Assembly: GCA_951406725.2 (NCBI GenBank)
Contig: OX597827.1
Span: 72,168,001-72,232,000 of the forward strand
Source: Octopus vulgaris
Lineage: Eukaryota
DNA: 64,000 nt
Direction of reading: 5' to 3'
Shown in pieces: positions 38,740-51,279 of the stretch (positions are counted from its first letter, which is position 1; the number at the start of each line of letters is the position of its first letter). The notes beneath the pieces are model-generated. The model saw only the letters and a program-made list of their open reading frames with translations, did not search any database and was not told where the DNA came from. Made by a program: the position numbers and the translations under genes.

Positions 38740-39210
38740 GTCCGTTGCCAGCCTCGCCTGGCCCCCGTGCCGGTGGCACGTAAAAGTACCATCCGTTCGT
38801 GGCCGTTTGCCAGCTCTGTCTGGCACCTGTGCAGGTGGCACGTAAAAAGCACCATCCGTTCGTGTTCGTTTCCAGCCTCGCCTGGCCCCCGTGCCGGTGG
38901 TACGTAAAAGCACCATCCGTTCGTGTTCGTCGCCAGCCTCGCCTGGCCCCTGTGCCGATGGCACGTAAAAGTACCATCCATTCGTGGCCGTTTGCCAGCT
39001 CTGTCTGGCACCTGTGCAGGTGGCACGTAAAAAGCACCCACTACACTCACGGAGTGGTTGGCATTAGGAAGGGCATCCAGCCGTAGAAACACTGCCAGAT
39101 CTGACTGGGCCTGATGCAGCCTTCCGGCTTCACAGACCCCAGTTGAACCGTCCAACCCATGCTAGCATGGAAAATGGACGCTAAATGATGATGATGATGA
39201 TGATGATGAT
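38740..39210 (+). mobile_element. Non-autonomous (GAT)n-tailed element with internal ~61-nt tandem array and RTE-like GGAAGGGCATCC.G..GTAGAAA motif
   Basis: Many copies: 5828-6088, 10238-10515(-), 13020-13460, 20268-20590, 29023-29297(-), 47178-47375(-), 51553-52057, 52203-52643(-); shared tail CAACCCATGCTAGCATGGAAA...(GAT)n. Confidence 0.8.
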
Positions 39211-39273
39211 GTCTTAGTAGCTAATTCATTATACTTCTCTGTTTGTAATTCTTTGTACATATTTATGTTTTAG

Positions 39274-39350
39274 GAAAGCAGTAACCAATTGCCATTAGAA
39301 GACTTGGAGAAACTAGTGCAGTTCATAAAAAACAATGGACTGGCTAAACG
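39274..39350 (+). CDS. HTT: HTT exon 27
   Basis: ttttag|...CG|gtaag; ESSNQLPLEDLEKLVQFIKNNGLAKR. Confidence 0.92.
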
Positions 39351-40257
39351 GTAAGTGTTTTCTTCTTGAACAAGTCTTGGTTTGTATTCTGTAGTTGTTG
39401 AAGTTATGCTTTAATGAAGCTGCTAGTTTCTGTTCACTTGTCTCTTAAGGATGATGATCTGGTATGAGTCTGTGGCTGTGTGGTAAGAAGTTTGCATCCC
39501 AACCACATGGTTCCAGGTTCAGTCCTACTGTGTGACACCTTGGGAAAGTGTCTTCTACTATAGCCTCAGGTTGACCAAAGTCTTGTGAGTGGATTCAGAA
39601 GACAGCAACTGAAAGAAGCCCATCGTGTGTGTATGTGTGTGTGTGGTAAGTGAAATCACAGTCATCCAGACATACAAGCTTGTCTTTTACAGGTATCAGT
39701 GCCATGTAAAATGTGCTCGTACCACTGCTGTGTAAATGCACCTGTGCTGGTAGCACATTAAGAGGACCCAGCACACTCTGGAAAGTGGTTGGTGTTAGCA
39801 AGGGCCTCCAGCCATGGAAACCATGCCAAAACAGACAATTGGAGTCTGGCCAGCTCCTGTCAAACCTATTTCTTTATTACCTACAAGGGGCTAAACACAG
39901 AGCGGACAAACAAGGACAGACATAGGTATTAAGTCGATTACATCGACCCCAGTGCGTAACTGGTACTTAATTTATCGACCCCGAAAGGATGAAAGGCAAA
40001 GTCGACCTCGGCGGAATTTGAACTTACAACGTAACGCAGACAAAATACCGCTAAGCATTTCGCCCGGCGTGCTAACGTTTCTGCCAGCTCGCCGCCTGTC
40101 AAACCGTCCAACCCATGCCAGCATGGAAAACAGACATTAAACGATCTGGATGATGAATATTATACATGCATGAAGGAATGTGTGTGTGTGTGTTTAGTAT
40201 TCTGTCTGTAAACATTCACCATCATTTCTCTTTCTTATAACTTTTATCATTTCATAG

Positions 40258-40393
40258 TCATGCACGGTTGGCCTCTCTTCTGAGCAAATTCCATCAAGTT
40301 CTCTGCCCAACCAACAGCTGTAATTTATCTCCTGAAAGAACACACCCGTTATCTTTACCAACACCACCTGTTGCAGATATCACCGTTGACAAG
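40258..40393 (+). CDS. HTT: HTT exon 28
   Basis: tcatag|...AAG|gtaag; HARLASLLSKF...THPL...TVDK. Confidence 0.92.
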
Positions 40394-42032
40394 GTAAGAT
40401 AAGATTTAAAGTAATTTATTCTCTTAACTCCAATTGGCTCTGTGATTCAAACTTGAGTCTTTTTGATAATAAATCACCTCTCAATTTAATCCTTTTACGT
40501 GCTGTCCCATGTTACCCACTTCACAAAAGCTGAACGTCTTCACTTTACAACTGGAGAATATTTTAGTTCTAACCTGAGTCTTGCGCAGTCATTTTTGTAT
40601 TTTCTTCATTCTGTTGGGCACTTTACCCTGACCATAGAGGGGCCCTGTAAGGTAAGTGAGCACTGTTTTGCCTTGCTGGGTACAAGACAACCTCACTAGT
40701 GTTGGTGCCATTATAAAATGCACTCAATGCACTTAGTAAAGTTGTTAGTAAATGAGCAGAGACAATGTAGGCTTTAGAAGACTCTTTTGTCTCATCTCAC
40801 TGAGGACATGGTAACCTCTGATGGTGGCACAATAAGCAAATGCAGCCACCACATACTGTAAACTGATTGGTGTTTAGAAGGGCATCCAGCTACAGAAACC
40901 ATGCCAATAATAGAACATACCTTGTGAGTGAGTTGTATTCCTCTGACTCATCGAGAAGAGTGACAGTAACACTGAATAAGAACTGACTTGGACTGTGACG
41001 ACTCATCTAACCCATGCCAGCATAGAAAGAGGATGTAAAATGAAAGAAATGTTGATGAAACTGTTGATAACTCAATAATTATTTCTTCCAAAGACCTCAA
41101 ATGGCTTTTAAATATCTATGTGGTTCAAGAGTTCTCTTCTCAATTCCAAGGTTCTGTGTTCAACCCTAGTGTGCAGCATGTTGACCAAGTGTTTTTTTAC
41201 CCTAGCTCCAGGTCATTCTTTGATTCCGGAGTGAAATTTGATTGAAAGCCCCTTCCAATGGACTGTATGTGACCTTGGGTGGTGGACAGTTAATCCTTAA
41301 TCTGGCTTAGCACCACCAAGTGGCTCTTAAGTAGGTGCCTTTCAGATAGTCCTCTCTGTTACTAGCACTCAGTACAGGTTTCTGGTTTAAAGTAAACTTG
41401 ATATCTTGATCCACTAGCAACCTATGAGTCATTTTTTGTCCTCCCTTTTCCCCATGTTCTTTGAGACCCTTTCTACAGCTAAAGTTCCTTTTTACTAGCT
41501 ACATTTTCTGTGGTACCAATGTACTTTTTGTCTATATACTGTTTGTCAAAGTTAACCTTACTTTTGTGTTTACATCCCCGTCACTTAATGGTTTGGCAAA
41601 AGAGTCCGATAAAATAAGTACTGGGCTTACAAAGAATAAGTCCTAGGGACAATTTGTTTGACTAAAAGGCGGTGCTCCAGCATGGCCACAGTCAAATGAC
41701 TGAAACAAGTAAAAGAATAGTGTAGATGATGTAAGTATTGTTAACAACAATTAAATGTTTCATCTTATAAGATCATATTAAAAGTCCTGAAAATTATTGT
41801 GTTCACTGCAACATACTCCAGACCTTTATATTAAGTATTTATAATTATTGCTGCTTATAAAAATTTTAAATCATGAAAAGAAATCATTTTGAATTAAAAA
41901 AAGATTAAATAGTGAATTATAATCTAATTTGGAATTTTTTTTTTATTTATTAAAAAACCCCCAGAAATTTCCGGTTATATGATTTCTGGCACTTTTAAAA
42001 GAGAAATAAACATTTTACTGTTTTTCTTGCAG

Positions 42033-42152
42033 GAATGGTATTTATCTGTTGTTAAGGATCAATGTTTTGGCGCAGAACCCAACACGAGAGAATGTGCCCT
42101 GCTCTTACAAAAACTTGACTATGCTGATATATTGACAGTTATCATGGCCAAG
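42033..42152 (+). CDS. HTT: HTT exon 29
   Basis: ttgcag|...AAG|gtaca; EWYLSVVKDQCF...ECALLLQKL...IMAK. Confidence 0.93.
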
Positions 42153-43533
42153 GTACAAATTCTTGTACAACGCTTTCTTTTCTTTTTTTTAATTTTAAAA
42201 TCTTTTGTTTTCATTATGGATAATATATGAAGGCAGCGAGCTGGCAGAATTGTTAGCATGCCGGGCGAAATGCTTAGCAGTATTTCGCCTGTCATTATGT
42301 TCTGTGTTTAAATTTGCCGAGGTCAACTTTGTCTTTCATCCTTTCAGGGTTGATAAAATGAGTACCAGTTACACACTGGGGTTGATGTAATCAACTTAAT
42401 CCCTTCCGCCAAAATTTGAGGCCTTGTGCTTTCAGTAGAAAGGATTATTAATAATGTGTGTGTGTGTGTGTGTGTTAGTATGAGAAAGCTGAATGTGTTT
42501 CAATCGTTGGACTGCAGCCATGATGGGGTACCACCTTGAAGGGTTTGGCGAACAAATCAACTTTAGGCCTTTTTTTAAACCTAATACTTATTCTATCAGT
42601 CTCTTTTGCTGATCTGCTAAGTTTCCGAGACACAAACACACCAATACTGATTGTCAAGTAGTGGTGGTGGTGGTGGAATAAGTTCAGACATAAACACAAA
42701 CACACACACACACACACAGAGGCAAAAATATAGACGTCACTAAAGTGAACAAGGGCACTAATCAGCGCCAGTATTGCTAGAAATAAGAGTTAAAACAACT
42801 CAATAGCCACAAAAGCACTATCTTAATGAGCTGACAATGGAGACAAGCTCCCTATGGTCGAGGATAGAGCCAGATGAGCGATGATTTCACATGTTGATGC
42901 TTAATGCATCTTAACACTCATCAGTGGTTCTCACCACGCCTAGGGTTAAACACATCTTACCTTGTCAGCTTATAAACTTATATATACCAAATCAACTCAC
43001 AAGGCTCTGATTGGCCCGAGGTTATAGCTGAAGACGCTTGCCCAAGGTGCCATATGCTATGGGACTGAATCCAGAACTCTGTAATTGGAAAGATAGCTTC
43101 TTATTTCTTTATTCCCCACAAGGGGCTAAACATAGAGGGGACAAACAAGGACAGACAAGATTAAGTCAATTACATCAACCCCGAAAGGATGAAAGGCAAA
43201 GTCGACCTCGGTGGAATTTGAACTCAGAACATAGTGCCAGACGAAATACGGCTATGCATTTCGTCCAGCGTGCTAATGTTTCTGCCAGCTCACTGCCCTT
43301 TTTTTTTTTTTTTATCTCAGATATTTAGGTCCTTAATTTCTTTTTCAGACAGGGATAACAACAAAGTCATCACAGAAATCTAGCTTCTTACCACACTAGA
43401 CAAAGCACAACTTCGCACACATAAAAAGAACAAAGAAATAGCATAAATACTCCTCCAAAACTCCCAGTTTGTAGTCTTGTACTGTATGTTAGATGGTATT
43501 GTCATAGTTGTTTTGTTTGTCTGTTTATTGCAG

Positions 43534-43752
43534 GAGTTCAGCCCTTCTATTTTGAAAGAGTGTATCTCTTTAGGCACCTTATGCACTCTTGAACAACACC
43601 GGATGGACGAGATGTCATCATGTTTACGTGGTGAACCTGTGAATATGTCTCGCTCATCCGAAGTCACATACGAACCACTGTTCCAGGCTGCCCAGCTCAT
43701 GCTCTTCCGACACATTAACAGCGTGATTAATATGCTCCCTGTTCCACACCAG
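43534..43752 (+). CDS. HTT: HTT exon 30
   Basis: ttgcag|...CAG|gtaag; EFSPSILKECISLG...PLFQAAQ...LPVPHQ. Confidence 0.93.
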
Positions 43753-45628
43753 GTAAGTGCTTTTACTTTCTACCTTTTCTTTTGTTTTTTTTCTTACTCT
43801 TTACTCTTTTTACTCTTTTACTTGTTTCAGTCATTTGACTGTGGCCATGCTGGAGCACTGCCTTTAGTCGAGCAAATCGACCCCAGGACTTATTCTTTGT
43901 AAGCCTACTACTTATTCTATCAGTCTCTTTTGCTGAACCGCTAAGTTACGGGGATGTAAACACACCAGCATCGGTTGTCAAGCGATGTTGGGGAGACAAA
44001 CACAGACGCACAAACACACACACACACACACGCACTCACGAGTGCGATGCCATGATAGATCATTAGCCACTACACACATTTTTTTCTCTTTTTGTTTTCT
44101 GTTTCCCTTTCTGTAGAAGAGCATAGGCTCGAAACATAAAAGACTTATTCTGTTCCTGAGTGTTATACTAATACATCTGTTTGTTTTGTACACCACCCGT
44201 CTTCGTCTTTTGTATTTTTCCATAAATTTTCCCTATATATACACTCACATACATACATATATGTGACGGGCCTCTTTCAGTTTCCGTCTACTAAATCCAT
44301 TCACAAGGTTTTGGTCGGGCCAAAGGCTATAGTAGAAGGCACTTGCCCAAGATGCCATGCAGTGGGACTGAACATGGGACCATGTGGTTCGTAAGCAAGC
44401 TACTTACCACACAGCAACCCCTACACTTATTTAACCATTTTTTACTGTCCCTAGTTTGAATCCTGTCAGGCCTTAACTATGCATAACTCTAGTTTGTTTA
44501 GCCACGGCAACTCATACCAGACAGGAGCATCATCATTATTATCATCATCATAATCATTTAATGTCTATTTTTCATGCTGGTATGGGTTAGACGGTTCAAC
44601 TGCAGCTGCAGAAGGCTCTTTTTTGTTTGGTTTCTATGGCCATATTCCTTTCCTAACATCAGTCATTTTGCAGAGTACCCTACATGCCTTTTATGTGTCA
44701 CCAGTACAGGTGCCTTTTACATGGCAGCGGCACAGAGGCCTTTTATGTGTCACCAGCACAGGTGCCTTTTACATGGCAGCGGCACAGAGGCCTTTTATGT
44801 GTCACCAGCACAGGTGCCTTTTACATGGCACCGGCACAGAGGCCTTTTATGTGTCACCAAGCACAGGTGCCTTTTACATGACACTGGCATGGCTGTGTAA
44901 ATATTTTTGTTGACATCATAAGAATTGGTAAACTTTTAAGAGAATGTAAAATAATTTTTTTGTTGGAACATTGTATCTCGAAGCACAACACATAAAGCTA
45001 TAAATAACAGCATTACATATTGGATTGAAAAATTCATTTTGGACAGAAAATCAAAGGCTTTTTGTGGGATATGAATTCACATCTGTAGACAGCCTTCAAT
45101 TTTTTCTATCCAAAAAGGCATTTTTTAACCCAAAATTTACATGAAGGCACGTGGCTTAGTGGTTAGGGCATTCGGCTCATGATCGAAGGTTGTGAGTTCA
45201 ATTCCCAGTGACACATTGTCTCCTTGAGCAAGACACTTTATTTCACATTGATCCAGTCCACTCAGCTGGCAAAATTGAGTTGTACCTGTATTTCAAAAGG
45301 GCCAGCTTTGTCACATTCTATGTCACACTGATCCTCTCTGAGAACTATGTTAAAGGCACACCTGTCTCTGGAATACTCAGCCACTTGCACATTAATTTCA
45401 CAAGCAAGCTGTTCTTGTGAATTGGATCAATTCGGTCATCGTCATAACCAATAAAGTGCCTGTTATTTACATGCTATTATTTATAGCCTTATGTGTGCTT
45501 CAAGATTCTCTGTTCCAGGACAGTAAATATCTTTTTGTCAGAAAAATTTGAATCTTCTGCAACATCTATTTTCAATTTTACATTTTCTCTCTCTTTTTTC
45601 TTTTTCTTCACCCTCTCCTTTTTTTCAG

Positions 45629-45856
45629 GTCCTTGTTGATTTCCCCCCTCCTGGAATTCCAATGAGTCCTCGTGAGATCCAATACCAGGAGAAGATGGAG
45701 GATTTCTTTATAGATGCTGCCTGGATGGATGCTGTGTTCCAGTTTGCTGCCTCACTGCTGCAGTATCTGCAGTCGTTGATGTTGTTTCCATGGCAGCCGG
45801 CAGTGCCTCAGGAGTCACAGACAGACGTCTGTCGGTTTATCATACTAACACTAGAG
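45629..45856 (+). CDS. HTT: HTT exon 31
   Basis: tttcag|...GAG|gtaag; YQEKMEDFFIDAA...LLQYL...DVCRFIILTLE. Confidence 0.92.
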
Positions 45857-47455
45857 GTAAGCACCTGGCTGTTGACTATTATTGTTGTCGCCATGGTTAC
45901 CACTGTCACCCCCACCTCCCACTCAAAACTGTCCCCACTGCTGTTAGCACCCCCACTACAACTCACCACCAACATCCTCAGTATTGTTACTATAGATTTC
46001 TCTCTATATAAACGGCAGTTTGTCTGTCTGTGTGTCTGTCAGGTTGTACCCTCATCCTGACCACAGCTTTCAACCGATTCTGATGAAACTTGACACACAC
46101 ATAGCCCAATGTCATAATTCAAAACTAATGCAGCAAAAATTTTGAAAAGTTCCCCCAGTTCTGAAAAAAATCGATAAATTCGACATGGGATCGAGAATCT
46201 AAGCTTTTTATATGCAACACATTTTCTGTTGTAGTTTTTGCAACTTGCAATCGATTTTCACCAAACTTATGGTGAAGCTTAACGTTACCCTAAGAAACTT
46301 AGTTCTGACGTTAGTTTTCCATGCAATACCTTACCATCAGAAAAAAATCCATAAAATCATGCCATTTTGGGAAATCGCGTTTTCGCCCAAAGGGACAGCT
46401 AGGAACATCATATACACAGAGGACATTGCAACCTACACATGCGCCTTCGTTCCCTAGAGGGAAAGGACTAGATTGGGATTAGTCGTTGCCTACTAGGGGC
46501 TCTTACATACCCGGGCAACGCCGGGCTACTATAATATAAACCTTAAACTTTTGGCCCCCTTAACCGTTAATTCTAATTGTAAACCACGGGAGAAGATAAT
46601 TTTTTAGACTCTATTATGAAATGAAATGAGTAAATACACAGTTTGGATCTTTATCTTTTACTTATTTCAGTTATTAGACTGTGGCCATACTGGGGCACTG
46701 CCTTGAAGAATTTAGAGTCAAATGAATTGAGCCCCGGTACTTTATTCTTTTTATTCTTTATTTGTTTCAGTCATTTGACTGTGGCTATGCTGGAGCACTG
46801 CCTTTAGTCGAGCAAATCGACCCCAGGACTTATTCTTTGTAAGCCTAGTACTTATTCCATTGGTCTCTCTTGGCGAACCACTAAGTTATGGGGACGTAAA
46901 CACACCAGCATCGGTTGTCAAGCGATGTTGGGGGAACAAACACTGACACACAAACATATACATACATACATAAATATATGTATATATATGATGGGCTTCT
47001 TTCAGTTTCTGTCTGCCAAATCCACTCACAAGGCTTTGGTCAGCCCGAGGCTATAGTAGAAGACACTTGCCCACGTTGGATAAATAAACACATTCTTTTC
47101 AAAAGTTGCTTATTTCACTAAACGTTTCTGAATTCTTGATTATTTTCCAAAATTAATATGCAGGGCTGGTAGAAGATCATCATCATCATCATCGTTTAAC
47201 GTCCGTTTTCCGCGCTAGCACGGGTTGGACGGTTCGACCGGGGTCTGGGAAGCCAGGGGCTGCTCCAGGCTCCAGTCTGATCTGGCAGAGTTTCTATGGC
47301 TGGATGCCCTTCCTAACGCCAACCAATCCGCGAGTGTAGTGGGTGCTTTTTACGTGCCACCTGCACAGGTGCCGGGGTGGGTGGGTCATACTTGTTAAAA
47401 ATTTGGTCACAAAAGGATTCTAATCTATTTTTTTTTCTTCTTTTCTTTTTGTCAG

Positions 47456-47633
47456 ATGATAAATTGGCTCGTTCAGCATTCTACACTTCCTCCATCAAAC
47501 CAAATCCAAATAGCTCTCGAAGGCCTCTCTGTGGTATTGCAGAACCCGCAGCTTGCTAATGTGGTCGGACAAAAAGATCACATAAGCTGGGTTTGCACTT
47601 GTGTGAAGACTGTATATCGTTTGTTAGAATCCT
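47456..47633 (+). CDS. HTT: HTT exon 32
   Basis: tgtcag|...T|gtaag; MINWLVQH...LQNPQL...YRLLES. Confidence 0.91.
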
Positions 47634-47701
47634 GTAAGTTACAAGTTTTAATTTTTTTTTTCATTTTGATATCTTTGAAGAATGTTTGTGAATGGTATTT
47701 A

Positions 47702-47934
47702 AAGGTGGCGAGCTGGCAGAATCGTTAGCACGCCGGGCGAAATGCTTGGCCGTATTTCGTCTGCTGTTACGTTGTGAGTTCAAATTCTGCCAAGGTAGTC
47801 TTTGCCTTTCATCCTTTTGGGGTCGATAAATTAAGTACCAGTTACGCACTGAGGTCGATGTAATTGACTTAATACCTATGTCTGTCCTTGTTTGTCCTCT
47901 CTGTGTTTAGCCCCTTGTGGGTAATAAAGAAATA
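47702..47934 (+). mobile_element. SINE family 2 copy
   Basis: Full-length; flanking direct repeat GGTATTTAAAG (47694-47704 / 47935-47945). Confidence 0.85.
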
Positions 47935-48369
47935 GGTATTTAAAGATCATTGGTTGGTTGGTTGGTTGTTATTTAGTCACCAAGTTGATTCTGATGGAAC
48001 AGTTTTGTGACTAACCCTTTTGGTACCAACCCACATGAGATTGCCCCTTAGACTATTTCATTCCTTTTAGAAATCATCAGCATGATATAACCTGGGTTAT
48101 ATTAATTAAACATCTTATGAAGCCAGATGTTGCTTATTGATGGAAAATGATTACAGTCTGGAAGAAATTCATGGAATGTGTGTTGTTCTTTTTCTTCTTA
48201 GAGCAATGGTGGTTTAGCAATTGGGAGAGAGAACAGTACTTAGCATTCTTGTTACAAAATATAATATAAACATCCTTATTGAAGGACATCAGATGAATAG
48301 AATTGTCTAAGCTTGGCTGGATTCATGCTTTTGCTTGACAGGGCTGAGGTCATTCCAAATTTGTGGTCC

Positions 48370-48605
48370 AAGAGGTGTCACCATGCACAGAGGTGACCGG
48401 GTCCACTAGTGCTCTCTATCAAGGGCAGTCTCATGCCAACCCCATTGCATCCTCCAAGGTGTTGTCAAACCTCTGGAATTCTTCCCCAACCACATCCAGC
48501 CACAAGACCTCTTCCAGCCACAGCTGCTCATCAAACGAGAGTAAAACCCTGGTAGGATGGTCTAGCTGGACGTGGAGGACATGTCCATACCAGCTCATGG
48601 GACGG
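48370..48605 (-). mobile_element. Decayed RTE-like LINE C-terminal fragment
   Basis: SWYGHVLHVQLDHPTRVLL...WLDVV; similar relics at ~13470-13860(-), ~16900-17090(-), ~50200-50400(+). Confidence 0.55.
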
Positions 48606-48613
48606 ATAACTAT

Positions 48614-49006
48614 ACTCTCTTTTACTTGTTTCAGTCATTTGACTGCGGCCATGCTGAAGCACCGCCTTTAGTCAAGCAACTCGACCCCGGGACTTATTCT
48701 TTTTGTAAGCCCAGTACTTATTCTATCGGTCTCTTTTTGCCGAACTGCTAAGTGACGGGGATGTAAATACGCCAGCATCGGTTGTCAAGCAATGCTAGGG
48801 GAACAAACACACACACACACACAAACACATACACATACATATATACGACAGGCTTCTTTCAGTTTCCGTCTACCAAATCCACTCACAAGGCATTGGTCGG
48901 CCCGGGGCTATAGCAGAAGACACTCGCCCAAGATGCCACGCAGTGGGATTGAACCCGGAACCATGTGGTTGGTTAGCAAGCTACTTACCACACAGCCACT
49001 CCTGCT
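48614..49006 (-). mobile_element. SINE family 1 copy
   Basis: Near-consensus copy. Confidence 0.85.
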
Positions 49007-49143
49007 ATGATTACTTTTAATTTCCATTTGCTACTTTTGTGAATCTATAAAGCTACAAAATTTTTTTTTTATATAAGGATTCCCATGTTTTTCTCTTTCC
49101 TTCTTTTCCTCACTGATTGTTGTCAAACTTTCAATGGTTGCAG

Positions 49144-49224
49144 TAATGGTTCTCCCTGGTATGAAACTGGCCATTCTGCCCAACCAAGATGTCCATGATG
49201 ATCAGCCAAAACAGAGTTTTGATG
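49144..49224 (+). CDS. HTT: HTT exon 33
   Basis: ttgcag|...G|gtaag; MVLPGMKL...SFD, cf. human AVQPGEQL; phase 1-1. Confidence 0.85.
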
Positions 49225-51141
49225 GTAAGTAGACTTGACCACATCAGCTTAAAAATGCTTTTTATTTACTTGTGCCCATTACTTGTGTATTTGAACTGGA
49301 TTGGATTGCCAATGTTCGGTCCACTGTGGATGATGACCTCAAGCATGTTTTCTCCACCAACCATGGTCTGATGTGGGAGCTGTGAATTTGAACTTGAGAT
49401 CATACTAGTTTGATGAACCTACTCTTCCACACTGGCTTGGCATGGCTTTGTTGAGGGGTGCAGTTTTTATACTCTTACCCAGGAGTTTTTTTAAGTCGAT
49501 TACATCGACCCCAGTGTTCAACTGGTACTTATTTTATCAAACTCAAAAGGATGACAGGCAAAGTCAACCTTAGCAGAATGTGAACTCATGATGCGAAGAC
49601 ATGAAATATCACTAAGCATTTCATCTTTTGTGCTAACAATTCTGCCAACCTTTGTGTATTATATACACAAACGAGCAAAATGCCCCCCATCCAATGGACG
49701 GTACTGAATCATATCTGCTGAATAAAAAGCAATCAGTGTTTTCTTTTCATTAAAAAATAATTAAGCATGCCTTTATTTCAATAAAATTTTTGGTTTTGTT
49801 AAATGAAGTTAAGGCAAAAAAAAAAAACTTATTGAGAAACCAAATAGTCTTTCCTTCTGTCATGCCAAGTTTGAAGAAAATATCTCTTTTGCGTCTTACT
49901 TTTTTGATCTCTTAAATATACTAGCTTTTTTTGCGCAAACTGCACATGCATTTTTCTCACGTATGCCTAGTATCGATTGCAACAGCTGATGTACTTGCGC
50001 TTACAAATGCATGTTCCCATGGCTTTATCGATTGCATTCTCACCTGGAATCGATTTTTGTAATTTTTTCAAGACTTATACACGACCTGATACCATCAGTA
50101 TCTACATATCAAATTTGAGCACAGTCAGATGGAGGATGCCCGAGATCCTAGAAGACACACACACACAGACAGACAGAACGGATTTTATATAATAGATGAT
50201 GCAAGCATTGTTCTGTTAGATGAGTAATGTCAGCATGTATGGATGGTGGAACATAGATGAGCTGGGAGAAGAAAATAAAGGCAGTAGAGAAATCGTCTGT
50301 AGTGTGGACAGCAGAAGACTGTGCTGGTTCAGACATTTGACATGTGTGAAGACATCTTGGAATAAAATACCTGATGATGATCGGAGATTGAAATGTTTTG
50401 TAGATATAGATATTTATTTCTTTATTGCCCACCGGGAGCTAAACATAGAGGGGACAAAGAAGGACAGACAAAGGGATTAAGTTGATTACATTGCCCCAGT
50501 GCATAACTGGTACTTGTTTGAGCGACCCTGCAAAGATGAAAGGGAAAGTTGAACTCAGAACGTAACAGCAGACGAAATACTGCTAAGCATTTCACCCGGC
50601 ATGATGTCTTTTAGACTTTTACTTGTGTCAGTCATTTGACTGTGGCCATGCTGGAGCACTGCCTTTAGTCGAACAATCGACCCCCAGAATTTAGTCTTTG
50701 TAAGCCTAGTACTTATTCTATCAGTCTCTTTTGCCAAACCACTAAGTTACAGGGACGTAAATACATCAGCATCGGTTGTCAAGCAATGTTGGGGGGACAA
50801 ATACAGACACACAAACATAAACACACACACACATATATACGATAGGCTTCTCTCAGTTTCCATCTACCAAATCCATTCACAAGGCTTTTGTTGGCCCAAG
50901 GCACTTGGTACAAGACACTTGCCCAAGTTGCCATGCAGTGGGACTGAACCCAGAACTATGTGGTTCATAAGCAAGCTACTTACCACACGGCCACTCCTAC
51001 ATTGTAAAAAAAACGTATTTCGTCTTTAAAGATGAGGTTAATTAGTTAATTATAATGTGATTAAGAATAACTCAATTTTTACATATTTCGACATGTATTA
51101 TCCTTATTCTCTCTCTCTTCCACTTTGTTGTCTTTCCCTAG

Positions 51142-51279
51142 ATTACCACCACGTGGTTGTGTCCTGTGATCATATATCTGAACTGGTGCATTGTCTGCGC
51201 TCTCATCTCAGCCTCAGTTGCCAAATGGATCAACATCTGCCACTCTTTTTGATTGCTCCCATTCGTAAAATCATCGTTG
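51142..51279 (+). CDS. HTT: HTT exon 34
   Basis: ccctag|...G|gtaac; SCDHISELVHCL...LPLFLIAPIRKIIV. Confidence 0.92.

Noticed and set aside
38740-39060. CRISPR array
   Set aside because: The apparent spacers are homologous to one another, the context is eukaryotic, there are no cas genes, and the array belongs to a dispersed repeat.
44680-44890. 44-nt tandem repeat with open frames as coding sequence
   Set aside because: It is a local amplification of the same GTAAAAGGCAC module of the (GAT)n-tailed repeat.
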